DNA of 64,000 nt from assembly GCA_947085175.1 (NCBI GenBank), contig CAMTVJ010000004.1:150541-214540 (forward strand), written 5' to 3'. The notes beneath the pieces are model-generated. The model did not search any database. It was not told where the DNA came from and saw only the letters and a program-made list of their open reading frames with translations. Positions within the stretch are counted from its first letter, which is position 1. The number at the start of each line of letters is the position of its first letter. The DNA comes from an uncultured Chitinophagaceae bacterium. Lineage in GTDB: Bacteria; Bacteroidota; Bacteroidia; Chitinophagales; Chitinophagaceae. Below, one piece after another: positions 28,315-37,044 of the stretch. The position numbers and the translations under genes were made by a program.

Positions 28315-28896
28315 CTATTTTTTCTGTCTGCTTTTAATTTCATCTCTTATGGAAATAGCTTTAATATAATCCTCCTGGTCCAATACTTCGGTAAGCATGG
28401 TTTCCAGTTCCTCAATCGACAATGCTTTAAGGTCATTACCTCCTGTTTCAGATGTTACGGCTGTTGTAATTTTCTCTTTATCGTCATCTTCCATTAAAAT
28501 ACCGGCTTGCTCTAAGATTGTGTCGTAAGTAAAAATAGGGCAACCAAAACGTACCGCTAAAGCCAATGCATCTGAAGTACGGGAGTCAATTTCAACGGTG
28601 TCGTTTTCGCTACTACAAACCAATTTGCTATAAAATATTCCTTCCTGTAAATCATTAATCACTACTTCGTGCAGATCTACATTAAAAGCCATCATAAAAT
28701 TTTTCATCAGGTCGTGGGTGAGGGGTCGGCTTGGGCTCATTCTTTCCAATGCTACAGCTATGGCCTGCGCTTCAAATCCACCAATCACAATAGGTAAACG
28801 GCGTAAACCATTGATTTCACCAAGTACCACTGCATACGAATGGGTTTGCGTAATGCTATGTGATAATGCTACTATTTCCAGTTCTATTTTTTTCAT
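28315..28896 (-). CDS. bifunctional nuclease family protein (DUF151 plus UVR motif)
   Basis: 193 aa. 'RLPIVIGGFEAQAIA...RPLTHDL' is DUF151-like, and the C-terminal 'EDYIKAISIRDEIKS' is a UvrB/C-type motif. Confidence 0.8.
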   Translation of the reverse strand: MKKIELEIVALSHSITQTHSYAVVLGEINGLRRLPIVIGGFEAQAIAVALERMSPSRPLTHDLMKNFMMAFNVDLHEVVINDLQEGIFYSKLVCSSENDTVEIDSRTSDALALAVRFGCPIFTYDTILEQAGILMEDDDKEKITTAVTSETGGNDLKALSIEELETMLTEVLDQEDYIKAISIRDEIKSRQKK

Positions 28897-28938
28897 ATCC
28901 CTTCAGCTTGTTGCAATAATATGTTTGTATGATGATTA

Positions 28939-28946
28939 CAAAGATA
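28939..28946 (-). promoter_or_regulatory. putative -7 box TATCTTTG
   Basis: Reverse complement of 'caaagata', 43 nt upstream of the ATG at 28896. Confidence 0.35.
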
Positions 28947-29012
28947 AATTAAAAGCCTTTCAAATATAGTTGAAAGGCTTCTAATTATCATGCTTATGAA
29001 CTTTATAACAAT

Positions 29013-29975
29013 TTATGATTGCTTCAGCTTTCTAACTGCTTCAATAATTTTGGGCATTACTTCAAAAGCATCACCAACAATACCATAATCTGCTGCTTTA
29101 AAAAAAGGAGCTTCGGGGTCTTTATTAATCACAACAATTACTTTGCTTCTGTTTACACCAGCCAGGTGCTGAATGGCTCCTGAAATTCCAATTGCAAAAT
29201 ATAAGTTAGGTGCAATTGCAAGACCTGTTTGTCCTACATGCTCGTGGTGCGGCCTCCAATGAATGTCAGCAACCGGACGACTACAAGCAGTTGCAGCTCC
29301 TAATAATTTAGCAAGGTCGGTAACCAATGCCCAGTTTTCAGGTCCTTTTAAACCACGTCCTCCGCTGATTACGATTTCTGCTTCGCTCAAAGGAATTTCA
29401 CCTACTACTTTATTAGTAGCAGTAACTTGAACTTTTGCCGCATCAATGGTTGCTGTAAAAGCAGCCACTTCGGCTACAGCATCACTAGTAGTAATGTTGT
29501 AAGAATTGGTATTAAGACTAATAATTTTAATATCGGTACTTAATGAGATATGGGCAAAAGCCTTACCACTAAAAACGTTTTTCTTAACTGTAAATCCATT
29601 GCTGGTATCAGGTAAGGCAACTGCACCCGAAACCAAACCAGCTTTCAAACGCACACTTAACCTTGGCGCAATGGCTTTGCCATTAAAATTATTAGAGAAA
29701 ATGATGACTTTGGCACCAAAAGCAATTGCAGCTTCAGCCAATATTTTTGTATAAACTTGCGCATCTACATTGTTTAATGAGGCATCAGCTACAGTATGCA
29801 CTTTTTTAACACCGTACTTGCCTAATGATGCGGCATCATCTTTTAAAGTACCCAAAACAATGGCTTCTGCTGTTGTGCCCAATTGCTCAGCTACTTTTGC
29901 ACCATAACAAGCTGCTTCTATTGAAGATTTTTTTATTTGGCCTTCTGATTGGTCTAGAAATATTAAAACTGACAT
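29013..29975 (-). CDS. etfA: electron transfer flavoprotein subunit alpha
   Basis: 320 aa with the C-terminal FAD-binding signature 'PNLYFAIGISGAIQHLAG'. Confidence 0.92.
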   Translation of the reverse strand: MSVLIFLDQSEGQIKKSSIEAACYGAKVAEQLGTTAEAIVLGTLKDDAASLGKYGVKKVHTVADASLNNVDAQVYTKILAEAAIAFGAKVIIFSNNFNGKAIAPRLSVRLKAGLVSGAVALPDTSNGFTVKKNVFSGKAFAHISLSTDIKIISLNTNSYNITTSDAVAEVAAFTATIDAAKVQVTATNKVVGEIPLSEAEIVISGGRGLKGPENWALVTDLAKLLGAATACSRPVADIHWRPHHEHVGQTGLAIAPNLYFAIGISGAIQHLAGVNRSKVIVVINKDPEAPFFKAADYGIVGDAFEVMPKIIEAVRKLKQS

Positions 29976-30001
29976 ATAATTATTTTTTTATTAAAACTTG
30001 A

Positions 30002-30047
30002 ATCTTCGCTATTATCTTCTCCTCAATGGGGGAGTTATAGGGGGCTT
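30002..30047. repeat. short G-run repeat, copy B (etfB-etfA spacer)
   Basis: 'atcttcgctattatcttctcc-tcaa-tgggggagttatagggggctt'. It abuts the etfB stop codon. Same arms as copy A, but it lacks the 10 extra nt that complete the hairpin in A. Confidence 0.7.
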
Positions 30048-30790
30048 TAAATCGCTTTTGCTTCTTCGTTCAACAACCTCACTAATTCTTCCGGGTTGTC
30101 TGGTGAAATTAATTTAACACCTGCTTTGGCAGGAGGTAATTCAAAAGATGCAATACTGGTTAAAGCATCAACAGCGATTGGTTCCACTACATTAAGTGGT
30201 TTACTTCTGGCTCCCATAATACCTTTCATATTAGGGATACGCTGCTCGGCCATTCCTTTTTGACAACTCACAACAATCGGTAAAGAAACCACATTCGTTT
30301 CTTCTCCACCTTCAATTTCCCGAACGATGGTAGCTGTACTGCCTTCCAAATCGAACTTTGTGGCTAAAGAAACATAGGGTAAGTCTAATAGCTCGGCAAC
30401 CATTCCGCCAATAGAAGAGCCATTATAGTCAATGGTTTCTTTTCCTGTAAGTATTAAATCATAATTGCCTGATTTTGCAACAGATGCAATTTGAGAAGCA
30501 ATGTAAAAGCTGTCTTGGCTATCGGCATTCACCCTGATGGCCTCATCGCCACCTAGGGCAAGTGCTTTACGGATGATAGGATCGCAATCGGCAGCGCCAA
30601 CTGTAACCAAATTAATTACAGTAGTAGCATCTGCTTCTTTCAATTCAATGGCTCGTACCAAGGCATACCATTCATCGTAAGGATTAATGATCCACTGTAC
30701 TCCATCAGCAGCGAATTTCGTATTGTTATCGGCGAAGGTTATTTTTGCCGTAGTATCAGGTGTTTTACTGATACAAACTAAAATCTTCAT
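30047..30790 (-). CDS. etfB: electron transfer flavoprotein subunit beta
   Basis: 247 aa, 'MKILVCISKTPDTTAKI...' is the typical EtfB N-terminus. Lies directly upstream of etfA. Confidence 0.92.
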   Translation of the reverse strand: MKILVCISKTPDTTAKITFADNNTKFAADGVQWIINPYDEWYALVRAIELKEADATTVINLVTVGAADCDPIIRKALALGGDEAIRVNADSQDSFYIASQIASVAKSGNYDLILTGKETIDYNGSSIGGMVAELLDLPYVSLATKFDLEGSTATIVREIEGGEETNVVSLPIVVSCQKGMAEQRIPNMKGIMGARSKPLNVVEPIAVDALTSIASFELPPAKAGVKLISPDNPEELVRLLNEEAKAI

Positions 30791-30837
30791 GTAGTATAAT
30801 TTAAAAATCCTGAAATAGGTTGTTTATGCAACTAATG

Positions 30838-30845
30838 CAAAGATA
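30838..30845 (-). promoter_or_regulatory. putative -7 box TATCTTTG upstream of etfB
   Basis: Reverse complement of 'caaagata', 48 nt upstream of the etfB ATG. A second TAACTTTG lies at 30853-30860. Confidence 0.4.
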
Positions 30846-30893
30846 AGTGAAGCAAAGTTAATTGGAAATAGAAACGTAAAAAATTATTAAAGT

Positions 30894-31205
30894 ATGACAA
30901 GGATTGAAAAATTGCTGGAGTTTATGAAAACATCTGATAAAGATAGTTTTCTGCAACATGCTCTGGCACTGGAGTATATAAAGATTGAAAATGATGAAGA
31001 AGCCCGGAAATTGTTTAATGAGATCTTATTGAGGGAGCCTACTTATATCGGGTCCTATTATCATTTGGGCAAATTATTGGAACGTGCCGGTGATTTTGAC
31101 AGGGCAGTAAGGGTGTATAAAAGGGGAATGGAAGAGGCAAAAAAGGCAGATGATTTTCATTCTTTAACAGAGTTGAGAGCTGCTTTGGAAGATATAGAAG
31201 AGTAG
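30894..31205 (+). CDS. small TPR-repeat protein
   Basis: 103 aa, helical, with a TPR-like pattern 'ALALEYIK...A...F..IL...P.Y...YY.LG.LL...G....A...Y..G'. Confidence 0.6.
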   Translation: MTRIEKLLEFMKTSDKDSFLQHALALEYIKIENDEEARKLFNEILLREPTYIGSYYHLGKLLERAGDFDRAVRVYKRGMEEAKKADDFHSLTELRAALEDIEE

Positions 31206-31257
31206 CTTTGTTTAGATGCAACGCCCTAGATTTTAAGTTAGGGGTAAAATTTTAAAA

Positions 31258-32598
31258 ATGAACTTGCTAGAAAAATTTAGGGCCAACATACAAAATGAAA
31301 ATCTTTTTAATCAAAAAGATGTGCTTTTAATTGCGGTAAGTGGTGGGGTAGATTCTGTGGTTTTATGTGAATTGTGTAAGCAAGCTGGCTATGATTTTGC
31401 TATTGCTCATTGCAATTTTCAACTGAGAGGAGATGAAAGTAACAGGGATGAGACATTTGTAAAAACCCTGGCCGCAAAATATAGCGTTGAAGTATTGGTA
31501 AATAAATTTGAAACAAATGCATTTGCCAGCGCAAATAAAATGAGCATTCAGGTAGCAGCAAGGGTTTTGAGATATGGTTGGTTTAAAGAATTGATTAATG
31601 ACAAAACCTCATCCTACAAATACTTGCTTACAGCCCATCATGCCAATGATAATATTGAAACCTTGTTAATGAATTTTTATAAGGGGACGGGTATAACTGG
31701 TTTGCGTGGCATTTTACCAAAACAAGGGAATATTATTCGTCCATTACTTTTTGCAAAAAAAGAAGAACTGGTTGCATTTGCGAAAACAAATGATCTAAGT
31801 TTTGTAGAAGACTCATCCAACGCATTGGATAAATACAGTCGCAATTATTTGCGGAACCAATTCATTCCAGTTGTAGAAAAACTCTATCCTCAGGCCGAAG
31901 AAAATTTGATAGATAACCTGCATCGATTTAGGGATATTGAAATCTTGTATCAGCAATCTATACAACTGCATAAGAAAAAATTAATTGAGCAAAAAGGTAA
32001 TGAAATTCATATTCCTGTATTAAAACTAAAGAAAACAGTACCCTTACATTCGGTGTTGTATGAAATTTTAAAAGACTTTGGTTTTACTGCAAAACAAACT
32101 GATGATGCCATTCATTTGCTGGATGCCGAGTCGGGTAAATACATTTTGTCATCCAGCCACAGGCTGATTAAAAACCGCAACTGGTTGATCATTGCAGCTA
32201 TTGATACCAAAGATACCGGGCAGATTTTAATTGAAGGAGAGGCTGATGTTGATTTTATAAATGGGCAATTGGAGATAAAGAAAATAGTAAATAAGCAAAC
32301 TTCAATTGTAAATAACCAAACGGTTGCTCAATTAGATTTTGCAACTATTCAATATCCCTTTTTACTTCGTAAATGGAAGAAAGGAGATTATTTTTATCCA
32401 TTGGGAATGACAAAAAAGAAAAAGCTCAGTCGTTTTTTTGGCGACCTTAAACTATCCCTTCTTCAAAAAGAAAAAATTTGGGTGATTGAAATGAATAAAA
32501 AAATCATTTGGGTAGTAGGCTATCGCATAGATGACCGTTTTAAATTGAGTGATCAAACCAAGGAAATACTGGAAATTAAGTTAATCGCTTCCAAATAG
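31258..32598 (+). CDS. tilS: tRNA(Ile)-lysidine synthetase
   Basis: 446 aa with PP-loop 'AVSGGVDS' and 'TAHHANDNIETLLMN'. The 3' end overlaps the convergent rhomboid gene by 18 nt. Confidence 0.9.
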   Translation: MNLLEKFRANIQNENLFNQKDVLLIAVSGGVDSVVLCELCKQAGYDFAIAHCNFQLRGDESNRDETFVKTLAAKYSVEVLVNKFETNAFASANKMSIQVAARVLRYGWFKELINDKTSSYKYLLTAHHANDNIETLLMNFYKGTGITGLRGILPKQGNIIRPLLFAKKEELVAFAKTNDLSFVEDSSNALDKYSRNYLRNQFIPVVEKLYPQAEENLIDNLHRFRDIEILYQQSIQLHKKKLIEQKGNEIHIPVLKLKKTVPLHSVLYEILKDFGFTAKQTDDAIHLLDAESGKYILSSSHRLIKNRNWLIIAAIDTKDTGQILIEGEADVDFINGQLEIKKIVNKQTSIVNNQTVAQLDFATIQYPFLLRKWKKGDYFYPLGMTKKKKLSRFFGDLKLSLLQKEKIWVIEMNKKIIWVVGYRIDDRFKLSDQTKEILEIKLIASK

Positions 32599-33234
32599 AC
32601 GAGGGTGCTTTAACTCTTCAATAATACCAGTAAATAAGCCTGGCTGTTGTTGTGCAATTAGTATTAAAATAAAACCAAGGCCAAACAAGGAGCCCCATAA
32701 GTGGGCATCGTGGTTAATATTGTCGCCACCTCTTTTACCCATATATACACAGTATAAAATGTAGAGTATAGCATACACAGTTGCCGATATTTTAATAGCC
32801 CCATACAAGTAAATACTGCTCCAGGGGCTAAAAATGATAGTAGCAAACACAACGGCAGATACAGCACCCGATGCACCTAAGGAACGATAATGTTGATTGT
32901 CTTTATTTTTGAAATAGCTAGGTAAATCCGATGCAATTAAGCCTAAAAAATAAAGTGCTAAATAAGATACGCTTCCACCCAGCTCATAAAATTTTAAATA
33001 AAACTCGAGGTTTATACCAAAAAAGAAAAGGGTAAACATATTGAAGAACAGGTGAACAAAATCGGCGTGTAAAAACCCCGAAGTAATAAAACGGGAGTAT
33101 TGATTTTCTCTGGCAACCCGGTAGGGCCACATAATGGTTTTTTCAACCATGGCAGCATTGGAAAAGCCAATTAGAGAAAAGATAACATTGGCAGCAATTA
33201 AGCCTAGTGTAATGGGATAGTTTTCTAAAAACAT
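32581..33234 (-). CDS. rhomboid family intramembrane serine protease
   Basis: 217 aa with 6 TM segments. 'HADFVHLFFNM', catalytic Ser in 'GASGAVSAV', His in 'HDAHLWGSLFG'. Confidence 0.85.
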   Translation of the reverse strand: MFLENYPITLGLIAANVIFSLIGFSNAAMVEKTIMWPYRVARENQYSRFITSGFLHADFVHLFFNMFTLFFFGINLEFYLKFYELGGSVSYLALYFLGLIASDLPSYFKNKDNQHYRSLGASGAVSAVVFATIIFSPWSSIYLYGAIKISATVYAILYILYCVYMGKRGGDNINHDAHLWGSLFGLGFILILIAQQQPGLFTGIIEELKHPRLFGSD

Positions 33235-33284
33235 AGAAGTTGGTTGTATAAAAGTTGTTTAAATTTCAAATCTAAAGCATTTGA

Positions 33285-33758
33285 TTAACTATGGTGGTAT
33301 TTTTCGTTGCGGTTAATGGTACAGGCACGATAAACCTGCTCGGCCAATAGTAACCTTACCAATTGATGTGGAAAAACCAGTATGGAAAGCGCCCAAGTAT
33401 AATTAGCCCTTTGCTTCAGTTCCTCACTTACTCCATAGGCCCCGCCAATTAAGAATATCATTTTTTTAGTACTGGCATCGGCTTTTGACTGAATGAACAA
33501 AGCCAAATCTTGGCTGCTTAGTTGTTTGCCCGTTTCATCAAGCAATACCAAAAAGTCTTCCTTTTGTAATAGGGCTAAAATGCTTTCTCCTTCTTTTTTC
33601 TTTAGTTCCATATCATTAAGCGATCCTGCATTTTTGGGCATGGGAATAATTTGCCATTCGGTAGGGTAGTAATGTCCCAGTCGTTTGGTAAAAAGTTCAA
33701 TGCCTTCTTTAACATAGGTTTCATGTGCTTTACCTACCGAACAAAAAAGAATTTTCAT
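33285..33758 (-). CDS. rlmH: 23S rRNA (pseudouridine1915-N3)-methyltransferase
   Basis: 157-aa SPOUT fold with 'FLIGGAYGVSEE' and C-terminal 'HQLVRLLLAEQVYRA'. Confidence 0.88.
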   Translation of the reverse strand: MKILFCSVGKAHETYVKEGIELFTKRLGHYYPTEWQIIPMPKNAGSLNDMELKKKEGESILALLQKEDFLVLLDETGKQLSSQDLALFIQSKADASTKKMIFLIGGAYGVSEELKQRANYTWALSILVFPHQLVRLLLAEQVYRACTINRNEKYHHS

Positions 33759-33949
33759 AATGTTTTACAATTAATAAGTTCAAAAGTAAGAGAATCGAAT
33801 TTAGTATCTCTAATGTTGGTAATACTTGTGTAATAATGATAAGAAATAGCTACAACAATAAACATATAAAGCAAATTGGGGGATACTATTTTTTTTATCT
33901 ATAAGAATCAAAATTGTTAATGAACCTTCATAGTTAACTTAATTGGCTG

Positions 33950-33957
33950 TATGTTTG
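33950..33957 (+). promoter_or_regulatory. putative -7 box TATGTTTG upstream of the UpxY-like gene
   Basis: Matches TAnnTTTG, 34 nt upstream of ATG 33991. Confidence 0.35.
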
Positions 33958-33990
33958 TTTACTATAATATAAGCATCTTTAAATCTATTT

Positions 33991-34497
33991 ATGAACAACA
34001 ATAATACATATTGGTATGTTGTGTATACTCGGCCTCGCTGGGAAAAAAAAGTAGCATCTTTTTTAGCTGAAAAAGGGATTAATTATTATTGTCCTTTAAA
34101 TAAAGTGATGAAGCAATGGAGTGATAGAAAAAAACTTGTGCTAGAGCCACTTTTTAAAGGATATGTTTTTGTACAAGTGGCAGAGGATACGAAATGGGAA
34201 TTATTGAATATTACAGGTATAGTAAATTTTGTTTATTGGCTAAAAAAACCTGCTAAAATAAAAGATAGTGAAATTGATACTATCCGAATATTTTTAAATG
34301 AATTTAAAGAAGTAGAAGTGTCTAAATCGGTTTTATCAATCAATGATACTGTACGAATTAAAAATGGTGTGTTAATGAATTACCAGGGTATTTTAGTGGA
34401 GATGAAAGGCAATAAAGTAAAGGTGAGAATTGAAAGTATGGGTATCCAGCTAAGTGCTTTTTTCGAAAAAAGAAATATTCAATCGATTCATATTTAA
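33991..34497 (+). CDS. UpxY-family (NusG-like) transcription antiterminator
   Basis: 168 aa. NGN-like 'WYVVYTRPRWEKKV...L...GI..YCP' plus a C-terminal KOW-like segment 'DTVRIKNGVLMNYQGILVEMKGNKVKV'. Confidence 0.8.
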   Translation: MNNNNTYWYVVYTRPRWEKKVASFLAEKGINYYCPLNKVMKQWSDRKKLVLEPLFKGYVFVQVAEDTKWELLNITGIVNFVYWLKKPAKIKDSEIDTIRIFLNEFKEVEVSKSVLSINDTVRIKNGVLMNYQGILVEMKGNKVKVRIESMGIQLSAFFEKRNIQSIHI

Positions 34498-34620
34498 AAG
34501 ACTCAGGTGTATACTTTAATTAATTATCCTCAGCTTTCAAATGGACTTGTGTAAAATGTGGTTGTTAATTGAAGAGGCCTTGGCAAGTCTATTCATAAAT
34601 CTATAAGTTTTTAAAAGTAA

Positions 34621-34650
34621 AAGGGCATCAATAAATTGATGCCCTTTTTT
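34621..34650. terminator. bidirectional hairpin terminator (serves UpxY on + and tRNA-Arg on -)
   Basis: 'agggcatcaa-taaa-ttgatgccct' followed by 'ttttt'; an A-rich tract lies on the other side. Confidence 0.75.
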
Positions 34651-34652
34651 AG

Positions 34653-34726
34653 TGACCGCGTTAGGATTCAAACCTAAAACCTTCTGATCCGTAGTCAGAT
34701 GCTCTATTCAGTTGAGCTACGCAGCC
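34653..34726 (-). tRNA. tRNA-Arg (anticodon ACG)
   Basis: Folded by hand as a cloverleaf: acceptor GGCTGCG/CGCGGTC, D-arm GCTC..GAGC, anticodon stem TCTGA/TCAGA with loop CTACGGA, T-arm TTAGG-TTTGAAT-CCTAA. No encoded CCA. Confidence 0.88.
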
Positions 34727-34743
34727 ATTATTTTTTCGGATGG

Positions 34744-34751
34744 CAAAGATA
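34744..34751 (-). promoter_or_regulatory. putative -7 box TATCTTTG upstream of tRNA-Arg
   Basis: Reverse complement of 'caaagata', 18 nt upstream of the mature tRNA 5' end. Confidence 0.45.
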
Positions 34752-34774
34752 GGCATTTAACCTATTGCTTCAAA

Positions 34775-35887
34775 CTACAATCCACTTAAAAATTCTGAAT
34801 GAATAAAATCTACCACATTCACAAGGTTTTTACTTTCTTCAAATACCTTTAACTGCCTGTCGGCACCTGTACCTTGTTCAAGCATATTGTGTACATAATT
34901 TATTGCGTGCCTACTACCTAATTCTGGTACAACATCATCAATAAAATCAAGTAATTCATATATTAATACCCTGGTATTAACCTCCATTTCTTTCCCAAAA
35001 TCTATCAAACTGCCGTCAATGCCATACCTGCCAGCCCTCCATTTGTTTTCGGTAATTAAGGCTCTGGAGTAAATCATGAAATTTAAATTCTGACTGCGTA
35101 ATTTGTAAATTTTTGCACATACCGCCTGAAACAAAGCTGCTATTGTGGTGGTTTCTTGAACTGTTAAGGGTACATCACAAATCCTAAATTCAACGGTGTT
35201 AAAGAAGGGGTGTACCCTTAAATCCCACCATATTTTTTTTGCATTGTCAATACAATTTGTTTTTATTAATAACTTGATATAGTTATCATAGGTTTCTATA
35301 CTATCATAGTAATCGGGGATGCCGGTACGGGGGAATTTGTCAAATACTTTGGTACGGAAAGATTTATAGCCAGTTGTTCTTCCTTCCCAAAAAGGAGAAT
35401 TAGTACTTAAGGCATAAATATGAGGAAGGAAATAACGGGCCGAATTGGCTATATGAATTGCCATTTCTCGATTTTCCATACCCACATGAACGTGTAATCC
35501 AAAGATTAAATTACTCCTTGCAGCTTCTTGTAATTCATTTACGATTTCATTATAACGAATATGCTCTGTTATTAACTGCCTTTCCCAGTGACTAAAGGGA
35601 TGTGTGCCTGAAGCCCCAACCCAAAGGCCAAGTTCATCTGCAATGCCGCTGATCGTTTTTCTTAATGTGCCTACATCAATAAAAGCTTCATCAATATCCT
35701 GACATATATCAGTGCCTACCTCTACAACCGCCTGATGCATCTCTGCCTTTACTTTGTCTTTAATTACTTTTTGCCCTTCATGAACAATTTTTTGTTCATG
35801 ACTTTTTAGTTCCCTTGTTTCAGGATCAATTACCATATACTCTTCTTCTATACCAAGGGTAAAATGTTTATAAGATAAGTTTGACAT
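34775..35887 (-). CDS. YbdK-type carboxylate-amine ligase (GCS2 family)
   Basis: 370 aa with 'FTLGIEEEYMVID', 'FGLHVHVGMEN' and 'WWDLRVHP.F.TVEFRICD', all typical of the glutamate-cysteine-ligase-2 family. Confidence 0.85.
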   Translation of the reverse strand: MSNLSYKHFTLGIEEEYMVIDPETRELKSHEQKIVHEGQKVIKDKVKAEMHQAVVEVGTDICQDIDEAFIDVGTLRKTISGIADELGLWVGASGTHPFSHWERQLITEHIRYNEIVNELQEAARSNLIFGLHVHVGMENREMAIHIANSARYFLPHIYALSTNSPFWEGRTTGYKSFRTKVFDKFPRTGIPDYYDSIETYDNYIKLLIKTNCIDNAKKIWWDLRVHPFFNTVEFRICDVPLTVQETTTIAALFQAVCAKIYKLRSQNLNFMIYSRALITENKWRAGRYGIDGSLIDFGKEMEVNTRVLIYELLDFIDDVVPELGSRHAINYVHNMLEQGTGADRQLKVFEESKNLVNVVDFIHSEFLSGL

Positions 35888-35917
35888 ATTGTGTAATTGA
35901 AATGACTTAGATGATGA

Positions 35918-36871
35918 TTAATACAACTTTTGTTTATTTGAACTTCGAGTTATATAAGTACCCCAAGTTAAATTATCTGCCTGCTCTTTATGTTCCTGAG
36001 CTTTTTCAATAGCGTAGGTTGCAGCTGTTTCAACCACCCAATCAAAATTTTCCTGTCCTACACTGCTTACTTCGGCATCTGGAGCCGGATTGCAAAAATC
36101 AATGGCATAGGGTACACCATCTCTTACTGCCAATTCTACGGTATTAAAATCATAACCAAGGTAATGGCAGATTCTAAGTACAATTTCTTCCATTTGCTTC
36201 AGTCTTTCAGCCGAAGGCTTAAAGTCGGCAACATACCTTAAATGGTGAGGGTTACGTGGCTCATAAGACATGATTCTTACATATTTTCCCCCAATACAAT
36301 AACATCTGTAATATTCCTCAAACTTAATTTCTTCCTGAAGCATCATTACTAATTGTTCAGTTTCGGCATGTTTTTCAAAAAACTCTTCCATACTATTCAA
36401 TTGATAAACACTTTTCCATCCACCTCCTGCATAAGGTTTCATGTAAGCTGGGAATCCTATATATTTGAATATCCCTTCCCAGTCCATAGGATAAGCTAGG
36501 TTGGAAAAGGACTCTTCGCTTGTATCTGGAGGTAAATCTCTGGAAGGTAAAATCACAGTTTTAGGAACAGGGACATCAATTTTAGTTGCCAAACAATTAT
36601 TAAAAAACTTTTCATCGGCACTCCACCAAAATGGATTATTAATGACCGTGGTTCCACATAAGGCTGCATTTTTTAGATAAGCACGGTAAAATGGAACATC
36701 CTGGGAAATACGATCAAAAATAACTGCATAGCCCGAAGGCTCGCCTTGCATCACTTTATCAATACGTACTGGCTCAGCCATAATGCCCGGCACATTTTTA
36801 CTGTTTACTCTTTCAATAAAAGCATCTGGGAAACTTCTTTCTTTGCCATATAAAACACCTATTTTCTTCAT
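35918..36871 (-). CDS. ATP-grasp domain protein (RimK/GshB-like amidoligase)
   Basis: About 317 aa counted from ATG 36871 ('MKKIGVLYGK'); the track start at 36925 is TTG. 'FPAYMKPYAGGGWKSVYQL' and 'FNTVELAVRDGVPYAIDFCNPAPD' fit ATP-grasp strands. Confidence 0.7.
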   Translation of the reverse strand: MKKIGVLYGKERSFPDAFIERVNSKNVPGIMAEPVRIDKVMQGEPSGYAVIFDRISQDVPFYRAYLKNAALCGTTVINNPFWWSADEKFFNNCLATKIDVPVPKTVILPSRDLPPDTSEESFSNLAYPMDWEGIFKYIGFPAYMKPYAGGGWKSVYQLNSMEEFFEKHAETEQLVMMLQEEIKFEEYYRCYCIGGKYVRIMSYEPRNPHHLRYVADFKPSAERLKQMEEIVLRICHYLGYDFNTVELAVRDGVPYAIDFCNPAPDAEVSSVGQENFDWVVETAATYAIEKAQEHKEQADNLTWGTYITRSSNKQKLY

Positions 36872-37044
36872 ATAATTTACTTTTAGATTTCGATTAATAA
36901 AAACGTTGCATACAACGTTATCCAATCAAATATATTTTTTCACAGGCATAAAAACAAATTTGTTTATATGTCAGATCAGTTTGACTGAATTTTATTTTTT
37001 TAATACGCAAACTCTTTAAACAGTTATTTCTTAATTTTGAACCT

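Noticed and set aside
36952-36965. Perfect 14-bp palindrome AAACAAATTTGTTT in the divergent control region, considered as an operator on its own.
   Set aside because: Pure A/T palindromes of this length are expected by chance a few times in 64 kb of AT-rich DNA. It is mentioned under the amidoligase finding only as something to test.
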